This document shows positions 30,501 through 41,428 of a stretch of DNA of 64,000 nucleotides, piece after piece. Every line of letters starts with the position of its first letter. Positions within the stretch are counted from its first letter, which is position 1. This stretch comes from an uncultured delta proteobacterium. GTDB taxonomy: Bacteria > Myxococcota_A > Polyangia > Polyangiales > Polyangiaceae. Under the pieces are notes generated by a model. That model did no database searches and had not been told where the DNA came from. It saw nothing but the letters and a program-made list of their open reading frames with translations. The translations under genes and the position numbers were made by a program. The DNA is taken from positions 544,001 to 608,000 of the forward strand of contig CAVOKF010000005.1 in NCBI GenBank assembly GCA_963696385.1, in the 5' to 3' direction.

Positions 30501-33500
30501 ACCTTTCTCGCAAAATCACGGTCGACGTCAAAGGCGAGATTCTCGAGCTGAAGAACACGCTCAACACGATGGTCGATCAGCTCAACGCATTCGCCTCCGA
30601 AGTGTCGCGCGTGGCTCGCGAGGTCGGCACGGAGGGCAAGCTCGGTGGTCAGGCGGTGGTGCCCGGCGTGGCCGGCACCTGGAAGGATCTCACCGACAAC
30701 GTCAACTCGATGGCGTCGAACCTGACCAACCAGGTCCGCAACATCGCCGACGTCACGATCGCCGTCGCGAACGGTGACCTCTCCCGGAAGATCACCGTCG
30801 ACGTTCGCGGCGAGATCCTCCAGTTGAAAGAGGCCATCAACACGATGGTCGAACAGCTGCGCTCGTTCGCCTCCGAAGTCACCCGAGTGGCCCGCGAGGT
30901 AGGGACGGAAGGACGTCTCGGCGTCCAGGCCGTCGTTCCCGGCGTCGCGGGTACCTGGAAGGATCTCACCGACTCGGTCAATGCCATGGGGACGAACCTC
31001 ACGGCCCAGGTGCGCAACATTGCGGAGGTGACGACCGCCGTTGCTCGGGGTGACCTTTCGCGCAAGATCACCGTCGACGTAAAGGGCGAGATTCTCGAGC
31101 TCAAGAACACCATCAACACGATGGTCGATCAATTGCGATCGTTTGCCTCGGAGGTCACGCGTGTCGCCCGCGAGGTCGGCACCGAAGGAAAGCTCGGCGG
31201 CCAGGCCGACGTGCCCGGGGTCGCCGGCACGTGGAAGGATCTCACCGACTCGGTGAACTTCATGGCCGCCAACCTGACCAATCAGGTACGGGGGATCGTC
31301 AAGGTCGTCACCGCGGTTGCCAACGGCAACCTTCGCCAGAAGCTGACGGTAGAGGCCAAAGGCGAGGTCGCGGCGCTCGCCGAAACGATCAACAACATGA
31401 CCGATACGCTGGCGACGTTCGCCGAGCAAGTCACCAACGTCGCACGCGAAGTGGGCGTCGAAGGACGGCTCGGGGGCCAAGCGAACGTTCCGGGTGCCGC
31501 CGGGACGTGGAAGGACCTGACGGGCAACGTGAACTTGCTGGCTGCAAACCTCACCAATCAGGTGCGGGCCATCGCCGATGTCGCAACCGCCGTGACGAAG
31601 GGCGACCTGACCCGATCCATCCGGGTGGAAGCGCGCGGCGAGGTCGCGGAGCTCAAAGACAACATCAACACGATGATCGACAACCTGCGGGGCACGACCG
31701 ATCGCAATCAGGAGCAGGACTGGCTGAAGACCAACCTCGCCAAGTTTACCCGAATGCTCCAAGGCCAGCGCGATCTCGTGACCGTCGGCAGGATGCTCCT
31801 CTCCGAGCTTGCGCCCTTGGTCGATGCGCAGCAGGGCACCATTTACCAGATGGACCGCAGCGAACCCGGCGAGATCCTCGACCGGTCGGGGATGACCCTG
31901 CGCCTTTTGGCGGCCTACGCGCAGCGCGAGGATCAGCCCGATCGCATTGGGCTCGGCGTGGGTCTCGTCGGTCAGGCCGCGGCGGAAAAACAGCGCATTC
32001 TACTCAACGACGTGCCGCCCAACTACACAGCAATCAAGTCGAGCCTCGGTGCGGCCCCCCCGACCAGCGTGATTGTCCTCCCGGTGCTGTTCGAGGGAGA
32101 GACCATGGCCGTGATCGAGTTGGCCGCCCTGAGGCCGTTCACGAACACCCACCTCCAGTTTCTCGACCAGCTCACCCAGTCGATCGGCGTCGTGTTGAAC
32201 ACGATCGAGGCGACGATGCGGACCGAGAACCTACTGCAGCAGTCGCAGCAGCTGACGACGGAGCTGCAGACGCGCCAGATCGAGCTGCAGCAAACCAACG
32301 AGGAGCTCGCGTCCAAGGCCAAGCAGCTTGCCGAGCAAAATGAAGAGGTCGAGCGTAAGAACAAGGAAGTCGAGCAGGCGCGCCGTGCACTCGAGGAGCA
32401 GGCGGCCGAGCTCGCGCTGACCTCCAAGTACAAGTCGGAGTTTTTGGCGAACATGTCGCACGAACTCCGAACGCCGTTAAACTCCATTCTCATCCTCGGT
32501 CAGCAGCTCGCGGAGAATGTCGGCGGCAATCTCACGGTCAAGCAAATCGATTTTGCAAAGAACATCCACTCGGCCGGCACGGACCTGCTCACCCTCATCA
32601 ACGACATTCTCGATCTCTCCAAAATCGAGTCGGGTACGGTCACCGTCGAGCCGGAAGAGATCGCCTTCGTGAATCTGCGAGACACCGTCCATCGGATGTT
32701 TCACCACGTCGCCGAGACCAAGGGGCTCGGGTTCCATGTCGACATCGACCCTACGCTGCCGCGCGCGCTGGTGAGCGATCCGAAGCGCCTGCAGCAAATC
32801 CTGAAAAATCTTCTGTCGAACGCATTCAAATTCACGGCGCACGGCTCGGTGGGCATGTCGGTTCGCCGGGTGACGTCTGGATGGAACGCGGACCATCCCG
32901 TCCTCGGCTCCACGGCCGCGGCGATTGCATTCACGGTGGCCGATACCGGCATCGGCATTGCCCCGGAGAAGCAGAAGTTGATCTTCGAGGCCTTTCAGCA
33001 GGCGGACGCCGGCACCAGCCGCAAGTACGGGGGCACCGGCCTGGGTTTGGCGATCAGCCGGGAACTCGCCAATCTGCTGGGCGGCGAAATCCGTCTTCAG
33101 AGCAAACCAGGAAACGGCAGCACGTTCACCCTGTACTTGCCGCTGACGTACACGGGGCCGACACAGCGCCAGCTCATGGTACCCGCGTCGCCCGCGCATG
33201 CGCCGAGCGCAGTGCCGGTTCTTTCGATGGCGAAGGTCGAAGAGACCGTGGCCGACGATCGCGACGACATTCGCGCGGGCGACACCGTCCTTTTGATCAT
33301 CGAGGACGACTCTCACTACGCACGGGTCCTACTCGGGATCGCGCACCACAAAGGGTTCAAAGCGATTCTCGCCAACCGCGGTCAACAGGCGCTTTCACTC
33401 GCTCGCGAGTATCTCCCCGCCGCGATCAGCCTGGATGTCTTCCTGCCGGATATGCTCGGCTGGACGGTTTTGAACAACCTCAAGCTCGATTCGCGCACGC

Positions 33501-34453
33501 GTCACATCCCGGTGCAGATGCTGTCGGTCGAGGAGCAGCGCCAGCACGGCCTGTCGCACGGCGCGTTCACGTATCTCGTCAAACCAGCGACGACGAGCGA
33601 ACTGGAGAGCGCGTTCGACAAGCTGAAGTCGTACGTCGAGCCGCACACCAAGCGGCTTTTGGTGATCGAAGACAATGACGCAGAGCGGGCGAGCATCGTT
33701 GAGCTTCTCGGCCACAGCGACATCGAGATCGCCGCGGTGGGCACCGGGACCGAGGCGCTCGAGGCGCTGCGCGAGCGGCGCTACGACTGCTGCGTCGTCG
33801 ATTTGCGTCTTCCCGACATGAGCGGCTTCGATCTGCTCGAGACACTGCGAGCCGAGCCCCAGCTCCACGACGTTCCGGTCGTCGTGTTCACGGGCAAGGA
33901 GCTTTCCGCCGAGGAAGAGGCCCAGCTTCACGCGGTCGCGAAGAGCGTGGTGCTGAAGGACGTCCAATCGCCCGAACGCTTGCTGGACGAGACTGCGCTG
34001 TTCTTGCACCGTGTCGTGTCGGGGCTCCCGGAGGGCAAGCGCAGGATGATCGAGCGACTCCACGGTTCGGCCGAGGCGCTGCGCGGTCGCAAGGTGCTCG
34101 TCGTCGACGACGACGCTCGCAACATTTTTGCCCTCACGACCATTTTGGAGAATCAGGAGATGGTCGTCGCGAGCGCGACCAATGGTCGGCAGGCGATCGA
34201 GCTCATCGAGCGCACCCCGGATCTGAGCGTCGTTCTCATGGACATCATGATGCCTGAAATGGACGGATACGAGACGATGCGCGAGATTCGCAAGGATTCG
34301 AGATTTCGCACACTGCCTATCCTCGCCCTGACGGCCAAAGCGATGAAGGGCGACCGAGAGAAGTGTCTCGAAGCGGGCGCCTCGGACTACATCGCCAAGC
34401 CCGTCAACACCGACCAACTGCTCTCCTTGCTGCGCGTCTGGTTGTATCGGTAG
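27545..34453 (+). CDS. Poly-HAMP hybrid histidine kinase (HAMPn-GAF-HisKA-HATPase-3xREC), Nik1/Os-1/OsaA-like
   Basis: 92-aa repeats, [11 protein letters not shown]-box, G boxes, three receiver domains, no TM segment. Confidence 0.95.
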   Translation: MSNNVASDSKSAVPEAPRSPPKDDVATKLVAPSEGFAPNRPHEGAFSRDLLVALLRFKEGDFSARLASDFTGIDGKIADVFNEILGVSARRSVEIARVCRVVGKEGKLKQRMNVPGAVGGWADEVVSLNTLIDDLVWPTTEVTRAIGAVAKGDLTQAMALEVDGRPLEGEFLRSAQLVNKMIDQLSVFTSEVTRVAREVGTEGKLGGQAQVKGVSGVWKDLTESVNQMAGNLTAQVRNIAEVTIAVASGDLSKKITVDVRGEILQLKEAINTMVEQLRSFASEVTRVAREVGTEGKLGGQAVVPGVAGTWKDLTDNVNSMASNLTGQVRNIAEVTTAVARGDLSRKITVDVKGEILELKNTINTMVDQLNGFASEVSRVAREVGTEGKLGGQAQVPGVAGTWKDLTDNVNSMASNLTNQVRNIAEVTTAVARGDLSRKITVDVKGEILQLKDTINTMVDQLNGFASEVSRVAREVGTEGKLGGQAVVPGVAGTWKDLTDNVNSMASNLTGQVRNIAEVTTAVAKGDLSRKITVDVKGEILELKNTINTMVDQLNGFASEVSRVAREVGTEGKLGGQAQVPGVAGTWKDLTDNVNAMASNLTGQVRNIADVATAIANGDLSRKITVDVKGEILELKNTINRMVDQLNAFASEVTRVAKEVGTEGKLGGQAEVDGVAGVWKNLTENVNSMASNLTDQVRNIAEVATAVARGDLSRKITVDVKGEILALKNTINTMVDQLNAFASEVSRVAREVGTEGKLGGQAQVGGVAGTWKDLTDNVNSMASNLTNQVRNIAEVTTAVARGDLSRKITVDVKGEILELKNTINTMVDQLNGFASEVSRVAREVGTEGKLGGQAQVPGVAGTWKDLTDNVNSMASNLTNQVRNIADVTIAVAKGDLSKKITVDVRGEILQLKDTINTMVDQLNGFASEVSRVAREVGTEGKLGGQAQVPGVAGTWKDLTDNVNAMASNLTGQVRNIADVATAIARGDLSRKITVDVKGEILELKNTLNTMVDQLNAFASEVSRVAREVGTEGKLGGQAVVPGVAGTWKDLTDNVNSMASNLTNQVRNIADVTIAVANGDLSRKITVDVRGEILQLKEAINTMVEQLRSFASEVTRVAREVGTEGRLGVQAVVPGVAGTWKDLTDSVNAMGTNLTAQVRNIAEVTTAVARGDLSRKITVDVKGEILELKNTINTMVDQLRSFASEVTRVAREVGTEGKLGGQADVPGVAGTWKDLTDSVNFMAANLTNQVRGIVKVVTAVANGNLRQKLTVEAKGEVAALAETINNMTDTLATFAEQVTNVAREVGVEGRLGGQANVPGAAGTWKDLTGNVNLLAANLTNQVRAIADVATAVTKGDLTRSIRVEARGEVAELKDNINTMIDNLRGTTDRNQEQDWLKTNLAKFTRMLQGQRDLVTVGRMLLSELAPLVDAQQGTIYQMDRSEPGEILDRSGMTLRLLAAYAQREDQPDRIGLGVGLVGQAAAEKQRILLNDVPPNYTAIKSSLGAAPPTSVIVLPVLFEGETMAVIELAALRPFTNTHLQFLDQLTQSIGVVLNTIEATMRTENLLQQSQQLTTELQTRQIELQQTNEELASKAKQLAEQNEEVERKNKEVEQARRALEEQAAELALTSKYKSEFLANMSHELRTPLNSILILGQQLAENVGGNLTVKQIDFAKNIHSAGTDLLTLINDILDLSKIESGTVTVEPEEIAFVNLRDTVHRMFHHVAETKGLGFHVDIDPTLPRALVSDPKRLQQILKNLLSNAFKFTAHGSVGMSVRRVTSGWNADHPVLGSTAAAIAFTVADTGIGIAPEKQKLIFEAFQQADAGTSRKYGGTGLGLAISRELANLLGGEIRLQSKPGNGSTFTLYLPLTYTGPTQRQLMVPASPAHAPSAVPVLSMAKVEETVADDRDDIRAGDTVLLIIEDDSHYARVLLGIAHHKGFKAILANRGQQALSLAREYLPAAISLDVFLPDMLGWTVLNNLKLDSRTRHIPVQMLSVEEQRQHGLSHGAFTYLVKPATTSELESAFDKLKSYVEPHTKRLLVIEDNDAERASIVELLGHSDIEIAAVGTGTEALEALRERRYDCCVVDLRLPDMSGFDLLETLRAEPQLHDVPVVVFTGKELSAEEEAQLHAVAKSVVLKDVQSPERLLDETALFLHRVVSGLPEGKRRMIERLHGSAEALRGRKVLVVDDDARNIFALTTILENQEMVVASATNGRQAIELIERTPDLSVVLMDIMMPEMDGYETMREIRKDSRFRTLPILALTAKAMKGDREKCLEAGASDYIAKPVNTDQLLSLLRVWLYR
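27960..31690 (+). repeat. 276-bp in-frame tandem repeat (poly-HAMP), 13 clear copies; boundaries approximate
   Basis: G(K/R)LG(G/V)QA recurs from 28151 to 31463 (12 x 276 bp), with one degenerate copy upstream. Confidence 0.9.
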
Positions 34454-34462
34454 GAGGGCGAG

Positions 34463-36055
34463 ATGCCGGACACGATCGATATCCTCGTGGTGGACGACGA
34501 GCCGCGCAACCTCGACTCTCTCGAGGCGATCCTCGATGACCCGACGTACCGTGTTCTTCGCGCGCAGGACGCCGAGAGAGCCCTGCGCGTGCTCCTCGAA
34601 AACGACGTGGCAGCCATCGTGCTCGACATCAAGATGCCGATCGTGAGCGGCTTCGAGCTCGCGCATCTCATTAAAGGCACCAAAAAATTCCGGCAGATCC
34701 CGATCGTATTTTTGACCGCGCATCTCGTCGACGATCGCGACGTGCTCACCGGCTACAGTGCCGGCGCCGTCGACTACCTGACCAAGCCGGTGAATCCCCA
34801 GATCCTTCGGCGCAAGGTGGCCGCCTTCGCCGAACTATTCCGCAAGACGCGGGCTCTGGCCGAGCTCAACGAGCACCTCGAGACGCGCGTGCAGGAGCGG
34901 ACGATCGAGCTCGAGAAATCGGAGAGAGCGCTGAGGGCAGCGAACGACCAGAAGGATCTCTTTCTCGCCACACTGGCGCATGAGCTTCGAAACCCCCTCG
35001 CTCCTTTGCGTACAGGGCTCGACGTTCTGCTCAAGCAGCCGGACCAATCCCCCATTGGGGTGCGTGCCCTTGCGGCGATGAACCGGCAGCTCGATCACCT
35101 GGTCCGGCTCGTGGGCGATCTGCTTGACGTCTCGCGAATCAACCGTGGAACGCTCGAGGTGCGCAGGGAGCCGGTCACCCTGTCCTCCGTCATCGACCGC
35201 GCCATTGAAACGACCGGTCCCTTGTTCGCCAAGCGCAATCAATCGGTCGAGATCGATGCCGAGGGGCCGGTCCCAGCGTATGTGGACGCGACGCGCATAG
35301 CCCAAATCGTCGGCAATCTACTCAACAACGCGTCCAAGCATTCCCCCTCCGGTGCACCGATCAAGGTCGAACTCCGGCACAGCGGGGACATGGCCATTGT
35401 CCGGGTGATCGACCAGGGTGTGGGCATCGCTCCGGACCAGATCGAGCGAGTCTTCGATATGTTCACGAAGATCGAGCGCTCGCTGCACAGCGCGAACGAC
35501 GGACTCGGAATCGGTCTGGCCCTCTCCCGACAGTTCGCCGAGCGACACGGCGGAACGCTGACGGCGGAAAGCGCGGGCGAGGGAAAGGGGGCGACATTCA
35601 TCCTTTCAGTGCCCATCGGTCAGACGAAGCACCTCGTCGGGGCGCAGGCGCCGGAGTCCGGGACGTCCAATGAGCCGGAGGGCGGTCTGAACATCGTCGT
35701 CGTCGAAGACAACGAGGACTCGGCGGACATGATGTTGACCTGGTTGGAACAGCTCGGCCACGAGGTGCGGGTGGCCAACACGGGGCCCGAGGGGGTGGCG
35801 CTCATCATGGGGGCTCGTCCCGACCTGGTCTTTTGCGACCTCGGCCTGCCGGGCATGGATGGCGTCGACGTGTGCCGCCGCGTCGTCGTCAGCATGCCCG
35901 AGCCACCGGTGATGGTCGCGCTAACGGGCTGGGGCATGCAGGGCGACCGTCGGCGCACGGTCGAGGCGGGCTTCCATCATCATCTCGTGAAGCCGGTCGA
36001 GCTCGATCAGCTTCGCAGTGTCCTTGAGTCCGTTGGCCGCGCGCGGGGCGGCTGA
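34463..36055 (+). CDS. Hybrid REC-histidine kinase-REC
   Basis: ILVVDDEP, AHELRNPL, GLGIGL, C-terminal REC; AGGAGG upstream. Confidence 0.92.
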   Translation: MPDTIDILVVDDEPRNLDSLEAILDDPTYRVLRAQDAERALRVLLENDVAAIVLDIKMPIVSGFELAHLIKGTKKFRQIPIVFLTAHLVDDRDVLTGYSAGAVDYLTKPVNPQILRRKVAAFAELFRKTRALAELNEHLETRVQERTIELEKSERALRAANDQKDLFLATLAHELRNPLAPLRTGLDVLLKQPDQSPIGVRALAAMNRQLDHLVRLVGDLLDVSRINRGTLEVRREPVTLSSVIDRAIETTGPLFAKRNQSVEIDAEGPVPAYVDATRIAQIVGNLLNNASKHSPSGAPIKVELRHSGDMAIVRVIDQGVGIAPDQIERVFDMFTKIERSLHSANDGLGIGLALSRQFAERHGGTLTAESAGEGKGATFILSVPIGQTKHLVGAQAPESGTSNEPEGGLNIVVVEDNEDSADMMLTWLEQLGHEVRVANTGPEGVALIMGARPDLVFCDLGLPGMDGVDVCRRVVVSMPEPPVMVALTGWGMQGDRRRTVEAGFHHHLVKPVELDQLRSVLESVGRARGG

Positions 36056-36173
36056 CGAGGTGCCCGTTGCGGGCACCTCGTCGGCGGCGACGCCGAGGTC
36101 GCCGAGGTCCTCGAGTCCGTCGTTCGCGTGCGGGGCGGCGAGCAATGGCCCGAGGCTGACCGATGACGCGGCT

Positions 36174-36749
36174 CTATGGTTGGGACCGTATCGAGCTCTT
36201 GCCGGAGAGGGCGTCCCGCGTTCGGTCCACCATGGCGGCGAACGGGCCGGCGAGCAAATTGGCCGTCGCCGATTCGATGCCAGCATGAGGCCGAGTCGGC
36301 GCGACCGATTCGGCGAGCGTGACGGCTTTGCGCATGCGTTCGAGGCGAGCCGAGTCGAGGACGCTTCCGAGGCGCTCGAACTCTTCGGCTTCCTCCGATT
36401 GGGCATGGGCGATGACGCGGTCCTTCAACGTCTGAAATTGCGACTGGAATTCGCTTGAATCGACGTCGAGCTTCTCGAGCTCGGTGAGCGCCTTCTTGGC
36501 CTCGTTCTCTTCACGCAGGCGCGCGTCGACGATGGCTGGGCCGTCCGGAAGGGTGCGCCGCGCCGCTGGGTGTACGATCTCCTCCTCCGCGGCCTCATGA
36601 ACCGCGAGCATTCGGCGGAGCGTATAAAACACGTTCGCGCGCTCCTCTCCGCGTGTCGAGAGGACCCTATCCAGGAGTTCCTTCACCTCACGGTGTTGAT
36701 CGTGGAGAAAAGCCACAACGTCGTTTCCCGTACGGATCATCGTTGCCAT
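36174..36749 (-). CDS. Hemerythrin/HHE domain protein
   Basis: LHDQHREV, VHEAAEEEIVHP, HAQSEE, APTRPH tail. Confidence 0.88.
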   Translation of the reverse strand: MATMIRTGNDVVAFLHDQHREVKELLDRVLSTRGEERANVFYTLRRMLAVHEAAEEEIVHPAARRTLPDGPAIVDARLREENEAKKALTELEKLDVDSSEFQSQFQTLKDRVIAHAQSEEAEEFERLGSVLDSARLERMRKAVTLAESVAPTRPHAGIESATANLLAGPFAAMVDRTRDALSGKSSIRSQP

Positions 36750-36753
36750 GGGC

Positions 36754-37137
36754 TCACCCAGTCCTTTCCTGTTGACGTGCCAAGGGTCGTGTCTCGTGCC
36801 GGTTGAGTGGGCGGCATCCCGTCGCGCCGCCGGCCGTGAGCCATCGTTCGGAGACTCCGAGGAGTGCGACACCGAACGCGATGAGCCCCAGAGCGACCAA
36901 CGCGTGGCCGATGACGATGGCGTCCGATACACTTGAATCCGACGGATCTTCCCGCACGCCGATGAGGACGGCGATGACGATCGAGACGAACCCCAGACCC
37001 GCGCCGGCGGCCGCGCGGAGCAAGTCCAAAGCCCGCCGGTCGCTCCGCGTGATGGCCAGATGGTCCGTAGCCCCGAACCGGTACGAATCGACGCCCTCGG
37101 GCGGATCGTTGGTAAGGTCGATGTCGACTTCGCTCAT
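36754..37137 (-). CDS. Small two-TM hypothetical protein
   Basis: Two hydrophobic segments; stop 4 nt before the hemerythrin start. Confidence 0.5.
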   Translation of the reverse strand: MSEVDIDLTNDPPEGVDSYRFGATDHLAITRSDRRALDLLRAAAGAGLGFVSIVIAVLIGVREDPSDSSVSDAIVIGHALVALGLIAFGVALLGVSERWLTAGGATGCRPLNRHETRPLARQQERTG

Positions 37138-37207
37138 GCCCCACTATCGGGAGCAAATCATGGGCCACCGTCTGGCGAGCTTCCTCGTCGGCATGGGCTT
37201 CGCTAAC

Positions 37208-37371
37208 TAAGTACACCGCCCCAGAACAAATGGATCAAGCGGGCGGTGTACTTCAATCGCCGGGAGGCGATTGGGGGTTTGGGGCGAAGCCCCAAGGAAA
37301 TCATCAGCGCCGCCCTGCAACGCAGGCGTACCCAGCGCAGCTGGGTACCGCTTAGCGGGGCGCTGTACTAA
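37208..37371. mobile_element. MITE/REP-like multi-hairpin element
   Basis: Imperfect 12-bp terminal inverted repeats, TAA on both flanks, five internal hairpins. Confidence 0.6.
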
Positions 37372-37394
37372 GACAAGCGAATGAGGACACGCGA

Positions 37395-38381
37395 GTGAGG
37401 GCGAGTGCAACCCGTCGTCACGCCCCGAGGGGAGCCGACCCCTATATCGCTCGCCTCCGGCACATGGGGGTCGTCGCCGTCCAAAGTGCCACGGTGGGGC
37501 GCGATGCGGGCGTCCGTTGGTCCGATGACGCTTGCTACCGACTCGGTGCCTCCCTTGCGTACGCCGCACTCTTCTCAATCTTCCCCCTCCTTCTTTTGGC
37601 CGTCACGACGATTGGGTTCGTGCTCGGTGACGACAACACGGTCCGGCAACGGCTTCTCGCTTCGGTAGCCGCGACGACCTCCCCCGCGGTCCGTTCGCTG
37701 TTGAACGATACGCTTCAGAATATGCAGTCCCACCGAACAGCCCGTGGTGTGGGGGCCGTCCTCGGCACGGTCACGCTGCTCCTGGGCGCAAGCGGCGTCT
37801 TCACGGAGCTCCAATCCTCGCTCAACCTGATCTGGCGCGTGAAGCCGCCGCCCACCCAGGGCATCGAGTCCGCGATCCTTGGCACCCTGAGAGCCAGAGC
37901 GTTCTCCTTCGTTGTGGTCGTCCTGGCGGCGTCTACGCTTTTGGCCTTGCTCGTCGTCAGCGCGGGGCTTCAAGCTCTTGGCGGGGTAGCCGACGAGGGC
38001 TCGGCAGGAAGAGCGCTCTGGCAGTGGACGGATGTCGGCCTGTCTTTCGCATTGCTCTCTGGGCTGCTCGCGGCCGTCTATCGCTTCGTGCCGAGCGCTC
38101 CGGTCGCGTGGCGCGACGTCGCACCGGGCGCCCTCCTCACGGCGATCTTGTTCACTGTGCTGAAGACCCTGCTCGCCTGGTACCTGGCTCACGTCGCAAG
38201 CTACGCGGCCTACGGAGCCGTGGGCGCCGTTCTGGGGTTAATGACCTGGATTTACGTTTCGAGCATCGTCGTGTTTTACGGTGCGGAGTTTTCTCGCGTG
38301 TATGCCGAGCGATTCGGCAGTCTCGTCGTCACCCATCCAGCGACTGAGACAACGAAGCCGAGCAAGAGGATGCCGGGCTGA
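37395..38381 (+). CDS. YihY/BrkB family membrane protein (start uncertain)
   Basis: GASLAYAALFSIFPLL, LNLIW, YGAVGAV, FYGAEF. Confidence 0.9.
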   Translation: MRASATRRHAPRGADPYIARLRHMGVVAVQSATVGRDAGVRWSDDACYRLGASLAYAALFSIFPLLLLAVTTIGFVLGDDNTVRQRLLASVAATTSPAVRSLLNDTLQNMQSHRTARGVGAVLGTVTLLLGASGVFTELQSSLNLIWRVKPPPTQGIESAILGTLRARAFSFVVVVLAASTLLALLVVSAGLQALGGVADEGSAGRALWQWTDVGLSFALLSGLLAAVYRFVPSAPVAWRDVAPGALLTAILFTVLKTLLAWYLAHVASYAAYGAVGAVLGLMTWIYVSSIVVFYGAEFSRVYAERFGSLVVTHPATETTKPSKRMPG

Positions 38382-38434
38382 GCCCGACGCTTGCAGGGGG
38401 CCAACGCCGGCACCGCTCCCACGCAACCGGTGGT

Positions 38435-40582
38435 TCAACGATGGGCGCGGCCGGCGAGTTGTGCCACGGCGTCCACGAGCGCGTTTGGCTCGACCGGCTT
38501 CGCCATGTGCAAGTTAAACCCTTCGACGAGGGCACGGGTCCGATCCTCGTTGCGGGCGAAAGCCGTGAGCGCAATCGCGGGGGTGTCTTTCTTGTCGTCG
38601 GCGGAAAGCGTACGGACACTGCGTATCAGTTGGTAGCCATCCTCGTGCGGCATACCGATGTCCGAGACGATCACCTGCGGAGTGAAGCTCTGCAACTCTT
38701 TGAGTGCGTCCGCCGCGCTCGCGGCCGATCGAACCTCCATCCCGACCTCCTCGAAGACGTAGGCGACCAGTTCTCGGGCGTCGGGCTCGTCGTCGACGAC
38801 GAGAACGCGAATCCCCTCGAGCCCCAGGGGAGGAGTCAGGCGGACGTCTTGATGCTGGGTAGCGGGTACCCGGGGAATGCCCATCGTCGCCGAGACGAGC
38901 GGGCTAATCGGCAACAGAACGCGAAACAGTGCGCCCTGCCCCAACCCTGGGCTCTCGGCATCGACGGACCCGCCATGCAGCTCGACGATGTGTTTCGCAA
39001 TCGAGAGACCGATGCCGAGACCCCCATGCGGTCGGGCGGAGGTCCCGTCGGACTGTCGAAAACTATCGAATACGTACGGGAGGAATTCGGCGGCGATTCC
39101 GACGCCGTTGTCCTGGACCGTCAACTCCAGATCGGATTCGACCCGCCGCAGGCGAACTTGGACGGTGCCGTTCTTCGGTGTGAATTTCACGGCATTGGAC
39201 AGCAGGTTCCAGGCAACTTGTTGGAGCCGATCGCCGTCGCCTCGCATGAGCGCGTGGTCCCGCTCGATATCCATGGCGATCTGAACGCGCTTGGCATCGG
39301 CGGCCGGGCGCACACCCTCGATGGCCATATCGACGACGTTGCCGAGATCGACCTGCGACGGATTGATCCGAATCTTCCCGGTGAAGATCCGGCTGATGTC
39401 CAAGAGGTCGGCGACCAGCTGACTCTGGGCGTGCGCATTGCGTTGGATCACGTCGAGGGCGTGCTCTCGCTTCGCCGCGGAGAGCGTTCCACTGCGCATC
39501 AAGCGAAGCCAGCCGACGATGGCGTTCAAAGGAGTCCGCAGCTCGTGCGACACGATCGCGACGAACTCGTCCTTGGCCCGGGTGGCGGCTTCGACGCGAG
39601 ACCGCGCGCTCTGCGAGAGCTCGTACAAGCGGGCGTTGTCGATGGCGACCGCGGCTCGCCGAGCCACCTCGCTTGCGAGCACCACGTCCTGTTCGCGATA
39701 GCGACGAGGAGAGTCGGTGTACCCCAGCGTCAGCGCCCCGAAAGCCGATCCCTGGACGGCAAGCGGCACGATTAGCCAAGACGTCGGATGGATGGCCCGA
39801 ACCAGCGTTCGCTGCTCGTCACTCAGGGTCATGCGCTCGAAAAAGCCCGGTTCAACCTCCGAAACGAGGACCGGCTGTTCGGGTCGTACGGCATACGCGT
39901 AGCCACGCCGAGGATCGGTCAGAAGGGGGTAGTTCCTGTAGCTCGCGCGCAGCAAGCCCTCCTTCGCGGCATCGACGTGAAGCAGCGGTATCTCATCGCT
40001 GCCGTGGCCGTCGAGATGAACCGTGCAAAAGTCCGCCATTCGAGGCACGAGCAACCTCGTGAGCTTGCTCAGGGTCGAACGGTAATCGAGCGAAGACGAA
40101 AGAATTTGCCCGGCCTCCGCGAGAAATTCCAAGTTGGCCTTCTGCTTGTCGAGCTCCTCATCTCGATACGCGACGTACTCGGTCGTCGCTTGGGTCACCC
40201 CCACGCTGAGGCACTTCCCTAGGGTGTCGTGATCCTCGATGGATAACTGTGCGTTCGTCTCGCGTGCTATCCGAAGGATGCAATGGCGCAATACTCCATA
40301 CTCACGAGTCAAGGCGCCGAGATCGTACCCGAGGCTAAAGCGCTGCCCGCCGTGTTGACGGGCGGTCTCGCTCGTATCGATGGCGTCCTGACTCATACGA
40401 ACCGGTTCGTCCCGGGCGAGCTCCGCTACGATTTCGTCGAGAAACTCGGGAATGTGGTCGACGAGGAGCGACTGCGAGGTTCCGCGGGGGGACAGATCCT
40501 TCCGCCGTACTTCGGCAACGAACCGCGACACGATCGGGTCGCGGTAGTCCGTGAGAAGCTGCACAAGAGTGGGTGGGGTCAT
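38435..40582 (-). CDS. Hybrid histidine kinase (RsbRD_N-like, GAF, HisKA, HATPase, REC)
   Basis: [40 protein letters not shown] at 40582. Confidence 0.9.
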   Translation of the reverse strand: MTPPTLVQLLTDYRDPIVSRFVAEVRRKDLSPRGTSQSLLVDHIPEFLDEIVAELARDEPVRMSQDAIDTSETARQHGGQRFSLGYDLGALTREYGVLRHCILRIARETNAQLSIEDHDTLGKCLSVGVTQATTEYVAYRDEELDKQKANLEFLAEAGQILSSSLDYRSTLSKLTRLLVPRMADFCTVHLDGHGSDEIPLLHVDAAKEGLLRASYRNYPLLTDPRRGYAYAVRPEQPVLVSEVEPGFFERMTLSDEQRTLVRAIHPTSWLIVPLAVQGSAFGALTLGYTDSPRRYREQDVVLASEVARRAAVAIDNARLYELSQSARSRVEAATRAKDEFVAIVSHELRTPLNAIVGWLRLMRSGTLSAAKREHALDVIQRNAHAQSQLVADLLDISRIFTGKIRINPSQVDLGNVVDMAIEGVRPAADAKRVQIAMDIERDHALMRGDGDRLQQVAWNLLSNAVKFTPKNGTVQVRLRRVESDLELTVQDNGVGIAAEFLPYVFDSFRQSDGTSARPHGGLGIGLSIAKHIVELHGGSVDAESPGLGQGALFRVLLPISPLVSATMGIPRVPATQHQDVRLTPPLGLEGIRVLVVDDEPDARELVAYVFEEVGMEVRSAASAADALKELQSFTPQVIVSDIGMPHEDGYQLIRSVRTLSADDKKDTPAIALTAFARNEDRTRALVEGFNLHMAKPVEPNALVDAVAQLAGRAHR

Positions 40583-40748
40583 GCCGTCCGTGCCCGCCGC
40601 CGCCCGCCCGTTCGTCTGCCCATCCCGTGTGAGTTTCGGTTCATACCCGCTTTGCTGGGCTGGGCAAGGGATTCTCCACGCGGGCCGCGAGGCCGCGGAG
40701 CAGCCTCGGCCGCCGCGAAAGGGCGCGTCAACCCGTTTGGGGCGCATG

Positions 40749-41321
40749 TCACGCGCGCCTCCCTCCAACCGGCGTTGAATGAGGTGGGGCCTCGAGCGTT
40801 TGCTCCAGTGCCGACAACAGGGCATCGGGGTCCACCGGCTCCTTCATCGTTTCCGCCACACGGTCGACCCGGTCCCGGACGGTCGGAAGGTCGCGGCGGA
40901 GCTCTTCCATGAGGGCGATGAGCTTTGCGACCTTCTGCTCGGCCAACAAATTGACTTGGAGATCGAGCTGAGCGCGCTGTTCCGCATGGCTGGTCTGTCG
41001 GTTCTGGGTGATCAGAATGGTGGTAGTCATCAAAAGGGCAGCGAAGCCCACGGCCCCTTGAAGCCAAGAGAAAGGTGGCGGATCGAGAGGCTGTCTTCCG
41101 AAGCTAGGCGCCAGGAGATTCGCGCTGATCCAGAAGGCGGTGAAACCCAGAAGCAAATAGAAGGTGCGTGGCCGACCGACCTGAGCCGTGACCCGCTCGA
41201 TGCGCCGCTGGTGTTCACTGACATTGCGTTCGACACGCGCTTGCAGTGCAGTCAGCGGTGCGACGTTCTCCTTGTGGTGTTCCGTTCCGACCTCCCTTTC
41301 CGGACCGACTGCCCAGCACAC
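40749..41321 (-). CDS. DUF1003 membrane protein (start uncertain)
   Basis: DPPPFSWLQ, ILITQNRQ, LDLQVNLLAEQK. Confidence 0.85.
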   Translation of the reverse strand: MCWAVGPEREVGTEHHKENVAPLTALQARVERNVSEHQRRIERVTAQVGRPRTFYLLLGFTAFWISANLLAPSFGRQPLDPPPFSWLQGAVGFAALLMTTTILITQNRQTSHAEQRAQLDLQVNLLAEQKVAKLIALMEELRRDLPTVRDRVDRVAETMKEPVDPDALLSALEQTLEAPPHSTPVGGRRA

Positions 41322-41330
41322 GCCGTGCCG
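41315..41330 (-). promoter_or_regulatory. sigma54-type promoter for the DUF1003 gene
   Basis: CGGCACGGCGTGTGCT. Confidence 0.55.
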
Positions 41331-41428
41331 ACGGAGTCGGGCTGCGGATGGAAGGGATCTCCTCGGGGTAAAAGGCCAGTCGCGGGTCCCTGCGGTACGC
41401 AAACGCCACAGGTCGTGGCACCCTGGAT

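Noticed and set aside
27960..31690. Long periodic repeat as a CRISPR or satellite array
   Set aside because: In-frame 276-bp coding repeats with no spacers and no cas genes.
29123..31762. 879-aa antisense ORF and similar long antisense ORFs (e.g. 25904..28174, 4858..6219)
   Set aside because: Shadow ORFs of well-supported genes, expected from high-GC codon bias.
36765..36802. Two GGCAC boxes upstream of the hemerythrin gene as sigma54 promoters
   Set aside because: No GC at the -12 position in either case.
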